NCBI GenBank assembly: GCA_035700905.1
Contig: DASSOD010000055.1
Location: 1-33,516 of the forward strand
Direction of reading: 5' to 3'
DNA length: 33,516 nt
Source of the DNA: Gemmatimonadales bacterium
GTDB lineage: Bacteria; Gemmatimonadota; Gemmatimonadetes; Gemmatimonadales; GWC2-71-9
A program made the position numbers and the translations under genes. The notes beneath the pieces are model-generated. The model was given only the letters and a program-made list of their open reading frames with translations, had not been told where the DNA came from and ran no database searches. Of this stretch, positions 11,051 to 19,532 are shown one piece after another (the first letter of the stretch is position 1; each line of letters begins with the position of its first letter).

Positions 11051-12579
11051 CGCTCCGGATCGTCGCCACGCCGCTCGACTACCCGCTCTCCGCGCCCGAG
11101 CCGCGCGAGGGCGGCTTCCGCTCCGACCTGCTGCCCGCCTTCGTGCCGGCGCCGGGGTACGAGGCGCTCCTCGAGCGGCTCCGGGCGCCGGCGGCGCTGG
11201 TGGTCACGACGGGACAGCAGCCCGCGCTCTTCGGCGGCCCGCTCTACACCATCTACAAGGCGCTCTCCGCGGCGGCGTTCGCGGACGCGCTCTCCCGGCG
11301 GTGGGGCCGCCCGGTGGCGCCGGTGTTCTGGGCAGCGGGCGACGACCACGACTTCGCGGAAGCGAATCACGCCGCGTGGCTCGCGGCCGACGGCAGCCTG
11401 GCCGGCGCCGCGCTGCCTGCCCGCACGCCCGACGCGCCGCTCACACCGATGTACCGGGAGCCGCTGGGGGAGCCGGTGCTCGGAGCCATCGACGCGCTCG
11501 AGCGGGACCTGCCGCCCTCCGAGTTTCGGGACGAGACCATCGGCTGGATCCGGCGGCATTGGCGCCCCGACGCCACCGTCGGCTCGGCGTTCGCGTCCGC
11601 AATGGCCGAGCTGCTCGCGCCGCACGGGGTGCTGGTGCTCGACAGCACCCACCCGGCGGTCAAGCGCGCGGCCGCGCCGCTCCTGGTTCAGGCACTCGCC
11701 GGGAGCCGACGCATCAACCAGGCGCTCGCCGCGCGCGCGGAGGCGCTCGCCCGCGAGGGAAGGGATGCGGGCGTGAATCCCGGGGACGGCGCGACACTGG
11801 TGATGATCGAGTGCCGAATGGGGCGGGACCGGCTGGTGATGCTCCCCGACGGCGGCTACACCACCCGGCGAGGGAAGAGCACGTACGACCTGGCCAAGCT
11901 GGCCGGGCTGACGGAACGCCAGCCGGAGCGTTTCTCGCCTAACGTGCTGCTGCGGCCGGTGGTCGAGAGCGCGCTGCTCCCGACCGTGGCGTACATGGGC
12001 GGGCCCGGCGAGCTCCGCTACCTCCCCCTCACTCTCCCGGTGTACGAGGCGCTCGGCATGCCGCGCCAGCAGCCGACGCCCCGCTGGTCGGGGGTGCTGG
12101 TGGAGGCGAGGGTGGATCGGGCGCTGGAGAAGTTCGGCATCTCACTGCCCGATCTGATGCAGCCGCCGGGCGCGCTCGAGGCGAGGCTGGTGCGCTCGCG
12201 CCTCCCCGAGGGCGTGCTCGCCGCTCTGGCGGAGCTGCGGGACGGCATCGTGGCCGGCTACGACCCGGTGCTCGCCGCCGCGCGGGACATCGATCCCACG
12301 CTGGAGAAGCCGGTCACCACGGCGCGCAACCATGCCGTCGCCGCGACGCAGGACGTCGAGAAGAAGCTGGTGCAGCACCTCAAGAAGCGGGCGGAGACCG
12401 AGCTGACGCAGATCGCGCGGGCCCGACACGCCGTGTGGCCGGACGGCAAGCCGCAGGAGCGGGTGCTCACCGCCGCGCCGTTCCTGGCGCGGCACGGCCC
12501 GACGCTCCTCGAGGACCTCCTGGCCGACATGCGCCAGTGGTATGCCGGCGGGCTTGAGGGTGCGCGGCGCGGCGCGTAG
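11047..12579 (+). CDS. bshC: Bacillithiol biosynthesis cysteine-adding enzyme BshC (YllA family)
   Basis: GTGA overlap with the upstream gene. QQPALFGGPLYTIYKALSA and PNVLLRPVVESALLPTVAYMGGPGELRYL correspond to conserved BshC blocks as I recall them. The 510-aa length is in the family range. Confidence 0.78.
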   Translation: MTLRIVATPLDYPLSAPEPREGGFRSDLLPAFVPAPGYEALLERLRAPAALVVTTGQQPALFGGPLYTIYKALSAAAFADALSRRWGRPVAPVFWAAGDDHDFAEANHAAWLAADGSLAGAALPARTPDAPLTPMYREPLGEPVLGAIDALERDLPPSEFRDETIGWIRRHWRPDATVGSAFASAMAELLAPHGVLVLDSTHPAVKRAAAPLLVQALAGSRRINQALAARAEALAREGRDAGVNPGDGATLVMIECRMGRDRLVMLPDGGYTTRRGKSTYDLAKLAGLTERQPERFSPNVLLRPVVESALLPTVAYMGGPGELRYLPLTLPVYEALGMPRQQPTPRWSGVLVEARVDRALEKFGISLPDLMQPPGALEARLVRSRLPEGVLAALAELRDGIVAGYDPVLAAARDIDPTLEKPVTTARNHAVAATQDVEKKLVQHLKKRAETELTQIARARHAVWPDGKPQERVLTAAPFLARHGPTLLEDLLADMRQWYAGGLEGARRGA

Positions 12580-12588
12580 ACTCGACCC

Positions 12589-12870
12589 ATGTCGATCATC
12601 GCCCTCATCCTGCTCGTGGCGCTGATGATCCCCATTCTGGGCATCCTCATCGATTCGCCGATCGGCCGCGCGCTGGCGCGGCGCCTGGAGGGACCGGGCG
12701 CGGCGCCGCCGGAGTTGGGCGAGCTGGCCAAGAAGGTCGAGCTGCTCGAGGCCGAGGTGGACGATCTCACGCGGAGCGTCAAGAACCTCGAGGAGGAGAA
12801 CCGCTTCCTCCAGCGCCTCCTGGCAGAACCCCCGCCGCGCTCCACCCTGCCACCGCCGGCAGCGCCCTGA
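12589..12870 (+). CDS. Small bitopic membrane protein: N-terminal TM helix, leucine-zipper coiled coil and Pro-rich tail (FtsB/DivIC-like or PspB-like architecture)
   Basis: MSIIALILLVALMIPILGILI forms the TM helix. ELAKKVELLEAEVDDLTRSVKNLEEENRFLQRLL has a heptad pattern. Third-position GC is host-like across the ORF. No obvious SD precedes the start, which lies 9 nt after the bshC stop. Confidence 0.6.
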   Translation: MSIIALILLVALMIPILGILIDSPIGRALARRLEGPGAAPPELGELAKKVELLEAEVDDLTRSVKNLEEENRFLQRLLAEPPPRSTLPPPAAP

Positions 12871-12902
12871 CGCCACCCAAGCGGCCCCGCGCGCCCGCGG
12901 CG

Positions 12903-14450
12903 ATGGTGGCGGCCGGCATCCTCTTGAGCCGGCTCGTCGGCCTGGTCCGCTCCCGCGTCCTCGCCCACTACTTCGCCACCTCCGACGCCGCCGACGCCTT
13001 CGCGGCCGCGTTCCGCATCCCCAACTTCCTGCAGAATCTCTTCGGCGAGGGCGCGCTCTCGGCGTCGTTCATTCCGGTCTATGCCGGACTGCTCGCCCGC
13101 GACGAGGAGGAAGCGGCGGGGCGGGTGGCGGGCGTGATCGGCGCCCTGCTCGGGCTCCTGGTGGCGGTCCTGGTGCTCGCCGGCGTGCTGCTCACGCCGG
13201 TGCTCATCGACGCCATCGCGCCGGGATTCGCGGGCGAGAAGCGGGAGCTCGCGATCCGCCTGGTGCGCATCCTGTTTCCCGGTGCCGGCCTGCTGGTTCT
13301 CTCGGCCTGGTGCCTGGGCGTGCTCAACAGCCACCGCCGCTTCTTCCTGTCGTACTCCGCGCCGGTGATCTGGAACGTCGCGATCATCGCGGCGCTGGTG
13401 GCGTTCGGCGGCCGGATGCCGCAGTACCCGCTCGCGGAGATGGCGGCGTGGGGCTCCGTGGTGGGGAGCGGACTCCAGATCGCCATCCAGCTCCCGACGG
13501 TGCTCTCGGTGGCCCGCGGACTCCGGCCCGCGCTCGATCTGGCGTCGCCGCACGTCCGCACGGTGCTCCGGAACTTCGTCCCCACCTTCATCAGCCGCGG
13601 CGTGGTGCAGATCAGCGCGTACGTGGACGCGCTGCTCGCCAGCCTGCTGCCGACCGGCGCGGTGGCGGCACTCTCATACGCCCAGATCCTCTACACCCTC
13701 CCCGTGAGCCTCTTCGGCATGTCGGTCACCGCCGCCGAGCTTCCAGAGATGTCGAGCGCGACCGGAGACGATGCGGAGGTGAGCGCCTATCTCCGGCGCC
13801 GACTGGACGGCGGGCTCCGCCAGCTCGCGTTCTACATCGTGCCGTCGGCCGTTGCGTTCGCGGCGCTGGGGCAGGTGCTGGCCGGCGCGGTGTTCCAGTC
13901 CGGGCAGTTCACCCGGGCGGACAGCTACTACGTCTGGGGCATCCTGGCGGGCGCCTCGGTGGGGCTCCTGGCGGGCACTATGGGGCGGCTCTACTCGTCG
14001 GCTTTCTACGCGCTCAAGGACACCCGCACGCCGCTCCGCTTTGCCGTGGTCAGGGTCGTGCTCACGACGGCGCTGGGGTATCTCGCCGCGCTCCCGCTCC
14101 CGCCGGCCATCGGTATCGACTCGCGCTGGGGGGTCGCGGGCCTCACGGCCTCGGCGGGCGCCGCCGGGTGGGTGGAGTTCTGGCTCTTGCGGCGAGCGCT
14201 GGACGGGCGCATCGGTCTCACCGGGCTGGCCCGCGGGTACGCCGTCCGCCTCTGGGCAGCGGCAATCGCCGGCGCGGCGGTGGGCGCCGCGCTCGATCTG
14301 GCGCTCCCCGACCGGCATCCGATCGCGACCGCGCTAGTCGTGATCGGCGCGTACGGCACGGTCTACTACGCGGTGGCGGCGGCGCTGGGCGTGGGCGAGG
14401 CCAAGGCGGTGCTCGAGCGGGTCCGGCGCCGACGTCCCCGGGCGCGCTGA
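12903..14450 (+). CDS. murJ: Lipid II flippase MurJ (MviN)
   Basis: LSRLVGLVRSRVLAHYFATSDAADAFAAAFRIPNFLQNLFGEGALSASFIP is the MurJ N-terminal signature. The protein is a ~515-aa polytopic membrane protein. The exact start is uncertain, because there is no stop between 12871 and 12903 and no better start codon in that stretch. Confidence 0.9.
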   Translation: MVAAGILLSRLVGLVRSRVLAHYFATSDAADAFAAAFRIPNFLQNLFGEGALSASFIPVYAGLLARDEEEAAGRVAGVIGALLGLLVAVLVLAGVLLTPVLIDAIAPGFAGEKRELAIRLVRILFPGAGLLVLSAWCLGVLNSHRRFFLSYSAPVIWNVAIIAALVAFGGRMPQYPLAEMAAWGSVVGSGLQIAIQLPTVLSVARGLRPALDLASPHVRTVLRNFVPTFISRGVVQISAYVDALLASLLPTGAVAALSYAQILYTLPVSLFGMSVTAAELPEMSSATGDDAEVSAYLRRRLDGGLRQLAFYIVPSAVAFAALGQVLAGAVFQSGQFTRADSYYVWGILAGASVGLLAGTMGRLYSSAFYALKDTRTPLRFAVVRVVLTTALGYLAALPLPPAIGIDSRWGVAGLTASAGAAGWVEFWLLRRALDGRIGLTGLARGYAVRLWAAAIAGAAVGAALDLALPDRHPIATALVVIGAYGTVYYAVAAALGVGEAKAVLERVRRRRPRAR

Positions 14451-14486
14451 CCGCGGCGGGGCCGCGGGTCCGCGGTGGTTATTTTT
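14450..14486 (+). terminator. Probable intrinsic terminator after murJ
   Basis: ACCGCGG (14450-14456) can pair with CCGCGGT (14470-14476), and nested CCGCGG palindromes lie between them. TGGTTATTTTT follows, with a T5 run at 14482-14486. Confidence 0.45.
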
Positions 14487-14502
14487 CGGGGGAGAGCGCC
14501 GC

Positions 14503-16323
14503 ATGACCGACCTGCCCCTCACCGACACCCTCGCCCGCAAGCTCGACACGCTCCCCGACGTGCCGGGCGTCTACCTCTGGAAGGACGCCAAGGGGGAGGT
14601 GCTGTACGTCGGCAAGGCCAAGCGCCTGAAGTCGCGGGTGCGAAGCTACTTCGCCGCCGACGACGGGGCGAGCCCCAAGCACCGGCTGCTGCAGCGGCTC
14701 ATCGCGGACGTGGACACGATCGTGGTGACCAGCGAGCCCGAGGCGCTGATCCTCGAGAACAACCTCATCAAGGAGTACCGGCCGCGCTTCAACGTGCGGC
14801 TCAAGGACGACAAGAGCTACCCCTCCATCGCGGTGACACTCGGCGAGCCGTTCCCGCGCGTGCTGGTCACCCGGCGGCGCGACATTCCGGGCGCGAAGTA
14901 CTTCGGGCCGTACACCGACGTCGGCCAGCTACGCCGCACCCTCGCGATCATCCGCCGGCTCTACACGGTGCGGAGCTGCCACGACGATCTCCCCGAGGAG
15001 CGGCGCGAGCGCCCCTGCCTCGATTACCACATCGGGCGCTGCAAGGGGCCCTGCGTCGGATGGCAGAGCGAGCGCGACTACCGGCGCATGGTCGAGGACG
15101 TGCTCGATTTTCTCGAGGGCCGCACCCAGGACGTGCGCCAGCGGGTACGCGACGCGATGCTCGAGGCGAGCGAGCGGGAGGATTTCGAGCGGGCGGCGCA
15201 GCTCCGCGACGCGCTGCGGTGGCTGGAAAAGCTGGAGGAGCCCGGCGCGGTGGAGGTGATCGGCACGGGCGACGCCGACGCGATCGGCTACGCCCGCGAC
15301 GGAGACGACGCGGTGGGGGTGCTGCTCCGGGTGCGCGGCGGCCGGGTGATCAGCCGGGACCACAAGTTCCTCGAGGGCGTGGAGGAGGAGGGCGATCCGG
15401 CGATCCTGAGCGCGTTCCTCGTCCGCTACTACGTGCCGGCGGAGAACCGCGCCCGCCGGGTCGTGCTTCCCTTCGCGCCCGACGAGCTCGAGCCGCTGAG
15501 CCAGGTGCTGCCCGGGACCGACTGGATCATCCCGCAGCGCGGCACCGCGGCGCGCTGGCGCGAGCTGGCCGACCAGAACGCCCGCCATCTCATGGAGAGC
15601 CTGCGGATCGAGTCGTTCGAGACGGAGGAGCGCGCGGAGGATCCGGTGTACGCACTGGGGCGGGACCTGGGGCTCAGCGCCGTGCCGCGAAGCCTGGTGT
15701 GCGTGGACATCTCGCACAACCAGGGTCGCGACACCGTCGGGTCGCTGGTCTGGTTCGAGGCCGGCCGCCCCAAGAAGAGCGAGTACCGCAAGTTCAAGAT
15801 CAAGGGCCTGGGCCAGCAGGACGACTTCGCCGCGATCCACGAGGTGGTGACGCGCTACCTCGCTCGCCGCCTGGAGGAGCAGGCGCCGCTTCCCGACCTC
15901 CTGGTGATCGACGGCGGGAAGGGACAGTTGAACGCCGCGCTCGATGCGGCCCGCGGGCTCGGTTTCGACCACCTTCCCATCGTGAGCCTCGCGAAACGGG
16001 AGGAGGAGGTGTTCGTCCCGGGACGGCCGGACAGCCTGCGGCTGCCGCGCCGCAGCGCTTCGCTCCGCTTGCTGCAGCGTGCCCGCGACGAGGCCCACCG
16101 CTTCGGGCTCGCCTTCAATCGCCAGCGACGCACCCGGCGCACGATCACGTCGGAGCTGCTGGAGATTCCCGGCGTCGGTCCCGCGCGCCGGCGCGCGCTG
16201 CTGGAGCGGTTCGGCAGCCTGGCCGGGGTGAGGTCGGCGACGGCGCAGGAGCTGGCCGCCGTGCCGGGATTCTCGACCGCCCTGGCCGAGCGGGTTCTGG
16301 CGCACCTCAACCCACGCGACTGA
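14503..16323 (+). CDS. uvrC: Excinuclease ABC subunit C (UvrC)
   Basis: GIY-YIG N-terminus (PGVYLWKDAKGEVLYVGKAKRLKSRVRSYF). UVR motif (EDFERAAQLRDALRWLE). RNase H-like endonuclease region (VCVDISHNQG...LLVIDGGKGQL) and a C-terminal (HhH)2 (LLEIPGVGPARRRALLERFGS). Confidence 0.95.
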   Translation: MTDLPLTDTLARKLDTLPDVPGVYLWKDAKGEVLYVGKAKRLKSRVRSYFAADDGASPKHRLLQRLIADVDTIVVTSEPEALILENNLIKEYRPRFNVRLKDDKSYPSIAVTLGEPFPRVLVTRRRDIPGAKYFGPYTDVGQLRRTLAIIRRLYTVRSCHDDLPEERRERPCLDYHIGRCKGPCVGWQSERDYRRMVEDVLDFLEGRTQDVRQRVRDAMLEASEREDFERAAQLRDALRWLEKLEEPGAVEVIGTGDADAIGYARDGDDAVGVLLRVRGGRVISRDHKFLEGVEEEGDPAILSAFLVRYYVPAENRARRVVLPFAPDELEPLSQVLPGTDWIIPQRGTAARWRELADQNARHLMESLRIESFETEERAEDPVYALGRDLGLSAVPRSLVCVDISHNQGRDTVGSLVWFEAGRPKKSEYRKFKIKGLGQQDDFAAIHEVVTRYLARRLEEQAPLPDLLVIDGGKGQLNAALDAARGLGFDHLPIVSLAKREEEVFVPGRPDSLRLPRRSASLRLLQRARDEAHRFGLAFNRQRRTRRTITSELLEIPGVGPARRRALLERFGSLAGVRSATAQELAAVPGFSTALAERVLAHLNPRD

Positions 16324-16335
16324 TCCGCCGCCCCC

Positions 16336-17235
16336 GTGCCCGAGCTGCCGGACATCACGGTCTACGTGGAGGCGCTCGAGCGGCGCGTGCGCGGGGCGAG
16401 GCTCGAGCGGGTCCGGCTCGCGAGCCCCTTCGTCCTTCGCACGGTCACGCCGCCCATCGCCGAGGCCGCCGGGCGGCGGGTTGAGAGCGTCCGCCGGCTC
16501 GGCAAGCGCATCGTGCTGGGCCTCGCGGGCGAATACTTCCTCGTGATCCACCTCATGATCGCCGGCCGGCTGCGCTGGACCGCTGCGGGGGCCAAGCCGC
16601 CCGGGCGCATCGGGCTCGCGGCGCTCGACTTCGATCGCGGCACGCTGATCCTCACCGAGGCGGGCACGAAGCGCCGGGCATCGCTGCACGCCGTCGCGGG
16701 CACGGATGCGCTTGCGGCGCTCGATCCGGGCGGCCTGGAGCCGCTCGAGGCCGGCGAGGCGGAGTTCGCGGAGCGGCTCCGATCCGAGAATCACACGCTC
16801 AAGCGCGCGCTCACCGATCCGCGGATCGTCAGCGGCATCGGGAACGCCTACTCGGACGAGATCCTGCATCGCGCGCGGCTCTCCCCGCTGCAGCTCACCC
16901 GCACGCTCGACGACGCGACGATCGCCCGCCTTCGCGACGCCACCCGCACGGTGCTCACCGAGTGGACCGGCCGGTTGCGTGCTGCGGCGGCGGACGCATT
17001 CCCGGACCGGGTGACGGCCTTCCGCGACGGGATGGCGGTGCACGGGCGCTACGGCGAGCCGTGCCCCGCGTGCGGGGCGCCGGTGCAGCGGATCCGCCAT
17101 GCGGAGAACGAGACCAACTACTGTCCAACGTGCCAGACCGCCGGCCGCCTGCTCGCGGACCGGGCGCTCTCGCGGCTCCTCCGCCGGGACTGGCCCCGGA
17201 GCCTCGACGAGCTGGAGGAACGGCTCGCGCGATGA
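16336..17235 (+). CDS. Fpg/Nei family DNA glycosylase / AP lyase
   Basis: The GTG start gives (M)PELPDITVY, the catalytic Pro2/Glu3 N-terminus. H2TH is present (GIGNAYSDEILHRARLSP). The C-terminal zinc finger is CPACGAPVQRI...YCPTCQ. I cannot distinguish MutM from Nei from sequence alone. Confidence 0.88.
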   Translation: MPELPDITVYVEALERRVRGARLERVRLASPFVLRTVTPPIAEAAGRRVESVRRLGKRIVLGLAGEYFLVIHLMIAGRLRWTAAGAKPPGRIGLAALDFDRGTLILTEAGTKRRASLHAVAGTDALAALDPGGLEPLEAGEAEFAERLRSENHTLKRALTDPRIVSGIGNAYSDEILHRARLSPLQLTRTLDDATIARLRDATRTVLTEWTGRLRAAAADAFPDRVTAFRDGMAVHGRYGEPCPACGAPVQRIRHAENETNYCPTCQTAGRLLADRALSRLLRRDWPRSLDELEERLAR

Positions 17236-18095
17236 CTCGCGACCAGCATGGCGGGGTGCCGCTCCGGATCGATCACGCCACCCTCGGCGGACCCGCGCTC
17301 GCGCCGATGGCCGCGCGCCTCGCGCGACTCGGCCTGGAGGCGGAGTACGGCGGAGCCCACGACAACGGGATCACGCACATGAGTCAGGTGGGATTCGGGG
17401 ACGGATCCTACCTCGAGCTGATCGCCCCCCTCGCGCCCGGAGTGCGATCCCCGCTCTGGGAACCGCAGATCAGCAGCGATGCCGGCCCCGCCGCGTGGGC
17501 CGTGCGAGGGGACGATCTCCGGGCGGAGCGGCGGCGGCTCGAGGAGGCAGGGATCGAATGCGCGGGCCCGACGCCGATGGCGCGGCGCAGGCCCGACGGC
17601 GCCGGGCTCGCGTGGGAGCTCCTCTTTCCGGGGCAGGATCCGCCTGGCGCGACGCTCCCGTTCAGCATCCGGGACCTGACGCCGCGGAGCCACCGCGTGC
17701 GGCCGTCCCCGAGCGCAGCGGCGGCGGGGTTCACCGGGCTCGCCGGCGTCGTGATCGCCGCTCACGCGCGCGGGGCGCTGGTCGAGACGTTCCGGCGAGC
17801 CTACCGGTGGCCGGCGCCGGTCGCCTGCACCTCGGGTTGGCTAGGCGCGGACATCGAGCGGTTCCCAGGGACGCCGGTCGCGCTCGCCGAGCCGTCCGGC
17901 GGCTCCGGCTGGCTGGCGGAGCGGCTCGCGCGACTGGGCGACTCGCCCTGCGCGTTCCTGCTCGCCCGCGAGTCGGATTCCACTGCGCCCCCGGTGCCGT
18001 TCGTCGCGCGAGAGAACTGGCTGGGCGAGGTCGTCTCCTGGCTCGACCCCGGCCCGCTGGGCGGCTGGCGGCTCGGCTCAGTCGCCGGGCGGTAG
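17232..18095 (+). CDS. Glyoxalase-like (VOC superfamily) domain protein, function unknown
   Basis: ATGA overlap with the upstream stop. IDHATLGGPALAPMAARLARLGLEAEYGG.H..GITHMSQVGFGDGSYLELIAP resembles Glyoxalase_3-type domains. The assignment rests on motif recall only. Confidence 0.62.
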   Translation: MTRDQHGGVPLRIDHATLGGPALAPMAARLARLGLEAEYGGAHDNGITHMSQVGFGDGSYLELIAPLAPGVRSPLWEPQISSDAGPAAWAVRGDDLRAERRRLEEAGIECAGPTPMARRRPDGAGLAWELLFPGQDPPGATLPFSIRDLTPRSHRVRPSPSAAAAGFTGLAGVVIAAHARGALVETFRRAYRWPAPVACTSGWLGADIERFPGTPVALAEPSGGSGWLAERLARLGDSPCAFLLARESDSTAPPVPFVARENWLGEVVSWLDPGPLGGWRLGSVAGR

Positions 18096-18128
18096 CCCGG
18101 GCCCGGGGCGGGGTTATATTCTAACCCT

Positions 18129-19529
18129 ATGTCGGACAGCCGCTTTGCCATACTCGACCCCGCCGCCGGGATCAGCGGCGACATGCTGCTCGGCGCGCTG
18201 GTCGCCGCCGGCGCGCCCGAGGCGTGGATCCAAGGGCTGCCTGGGCGGCTCGGATGCGAGGGCGTCAGCGTCGCGGTGCGGCGGGTGGACCGGTGCGGCA
18301 TTCAGGCGGTCAAGGTGGACGTCCGACTTCCCGGCGGTGCCGTGGAAGTCCCGGGCGACCCGCCGCCGCCCGCCACAGCGCACCCCTCCGATCACCATTC
18401 CGCCGACCGCCTCGAGTCACCGCATCCCCCTCATCAGCACCATCATTCCCGGGTCCACGGCGAGCCGCATGCGCATGGGCCTGCGCACGGCTCGCACCGC
18501 CACGTCGGCGACCTCATCGCCATGGTGGAGCGCGCGCCGCTCAGCCCCTGGGTGCGCGAGCGCGCCGTCCGCGCCTTCCGCCTGCTCGGCGAGGCCGAAG
18601 GGCGAGTGCACGGGGTGCCGGCGGACGAGGTGGCGCTGCACGAGGTGGGCGCGATGGATGCGCTGGTGGACATCGTCGGAGCGGTGGAAGGGTTCGAGCA
18701 ACTGGGGATCAGCACCATCTATCACCGGCCCGTGGCCGTGGGGAGCGGTTGGATCCGGGCCGCGCATGGGGCGATGAGCGTCCCCGCGCCCGCCACGGCG
18801 GTGCTGCTCGAGGGGATGGAGATCGCGCCCAACGGCCCCGTCCTCGGCGAGGCCACGACGCCGACTGGGGCGGCGCTCCTGCGGGCACTTTCGTCCGGTG
18901 CGCCCCCCGCGCGGTGGCGCGCAGTTTCGGCGGGGAGTTGGGGAGCCGGCGGCCGCAACCCCGCGGGTTACCCTAACGCGCTCAGGCTGCTGGTCGCGGA
19001 GCCCGTCAATGAAGCGGGCGAAGTCACCATCTTGTCCACGGATCTGGACGACCTCAGCCCCGAATACCTCGACCCGCTGCGCGAGGCGCTGGTCGCGGCC
19101 GGCGCGCTCGACACTCAGGTGTGGACCACCCAGATGAAGAAGGGCCGGGCCGGGTTCCGCGTCGAGGTCACCGCGATGCCGGCGGACGCCGACCGGATCA
19201 CGATCGCGCTCTTCCGCCATAGCACGACGGCCGGGGTGCGGCGCGTCACGGTGGAGCGGGTAACGCTCCCCCGCCGCGAGCTTCGCCTGGAGGCGCCGGG
19301 CGGCTCGGCCGTGCGGGTGAAGATCCTCGACGGCCCCGACGGCGTGCGCGCCAAGCCGGAGTACGATGACGTGGCGGAGGCGGCCCGCCGATCCGGCAGA
19401 CCCGCCCACGAGCTGGCAAGGGAGTTGCAAAACCGGGCCCTGTCCCTGGTCGCGGCCGAGCGGGCCGCGGGACGCGCGGCCGAGCGGGCCGCGGGACGCG
19501 CGGCCGACAACATGCAAGAGGAGTCCTGA
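18129..19529 (+). CDS. larC: Nickel-pincer cofactor biosynthesis protein LarC (DUF111, nickel insertion)
   Basis: FAILDPAAGISGDMLLGALVAAGAP matches the LarC N-terminus. A His-rich tract lies at about 18381-18504 (HPSDHH...HPPHQHHHSRVHGEPHAHGPAHGSHRH). HEVGAMDALVDIVG and TPTGAALL blocks are present, and the C-terminal domain has KPEYDD. Confidence 0.88.
   Translation: MSDSRFAILDPAAGISGDMLLGALVAAGAPEAWIQGLPGRLGCEGVSVAVRRVDRCGIQAVKVDVRLPGGAVEVPGDPPPPATAHPSDHHSADRLESPHPPHQHHHSRVHGEPHAHGPAHGSHRHVGDLIAMVERAPLSPWVRERAVRAFRLLGEAEGRVHGVPADEVALHEVGAMDALVDIVGAVEGFEQLGISTIYHRPVAVGSGWIRAAHGAMSVPAPATAVLLEGMEIAPNGPVLGEATTPTGAALLRALSSGAPPARWRAVSAGSWGAGGRNPAGYPNALRLLVAEPVNEAGEVTILSTDLDDLSPEYLDPLREALVAAGALDTQVWTTQMKKGRAGFRVEVTAMPADADRITIALFRHSTTAGVRRVTVERVTLPRRELRLEAPGGSAVRVKILDGPDGVRAKPEYDDVAEAARRSGRPAHELARELQNRALSLVAAERAAGRAAERAAGRAADNMQEES
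19452..19507 (+). repeat. Perfect 24-bp tandem duplication plus an 8-nt partial third copy inside the larC 3' end
   Basis: GCGGCCGAGCGGGCCGCGGGACGC occurs at 19452-19475 and again at 19476-19499, then GCGGCCGA follows. It is in frame and encodes AAERAAGR twice. Confidence 0.92.
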
Positions 19530-19532
19530 CGA

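Noticed and set aside
19452-19507. Tandem 24-bp repeat checked as a possible CRISPR or minisatellite locus.
   Set aside because: There are only two and a third contiguous copies and no spacers. The repeat is in frame inside larC, so it is a coding-sequence slippage duplication rather than a CRISPR array.
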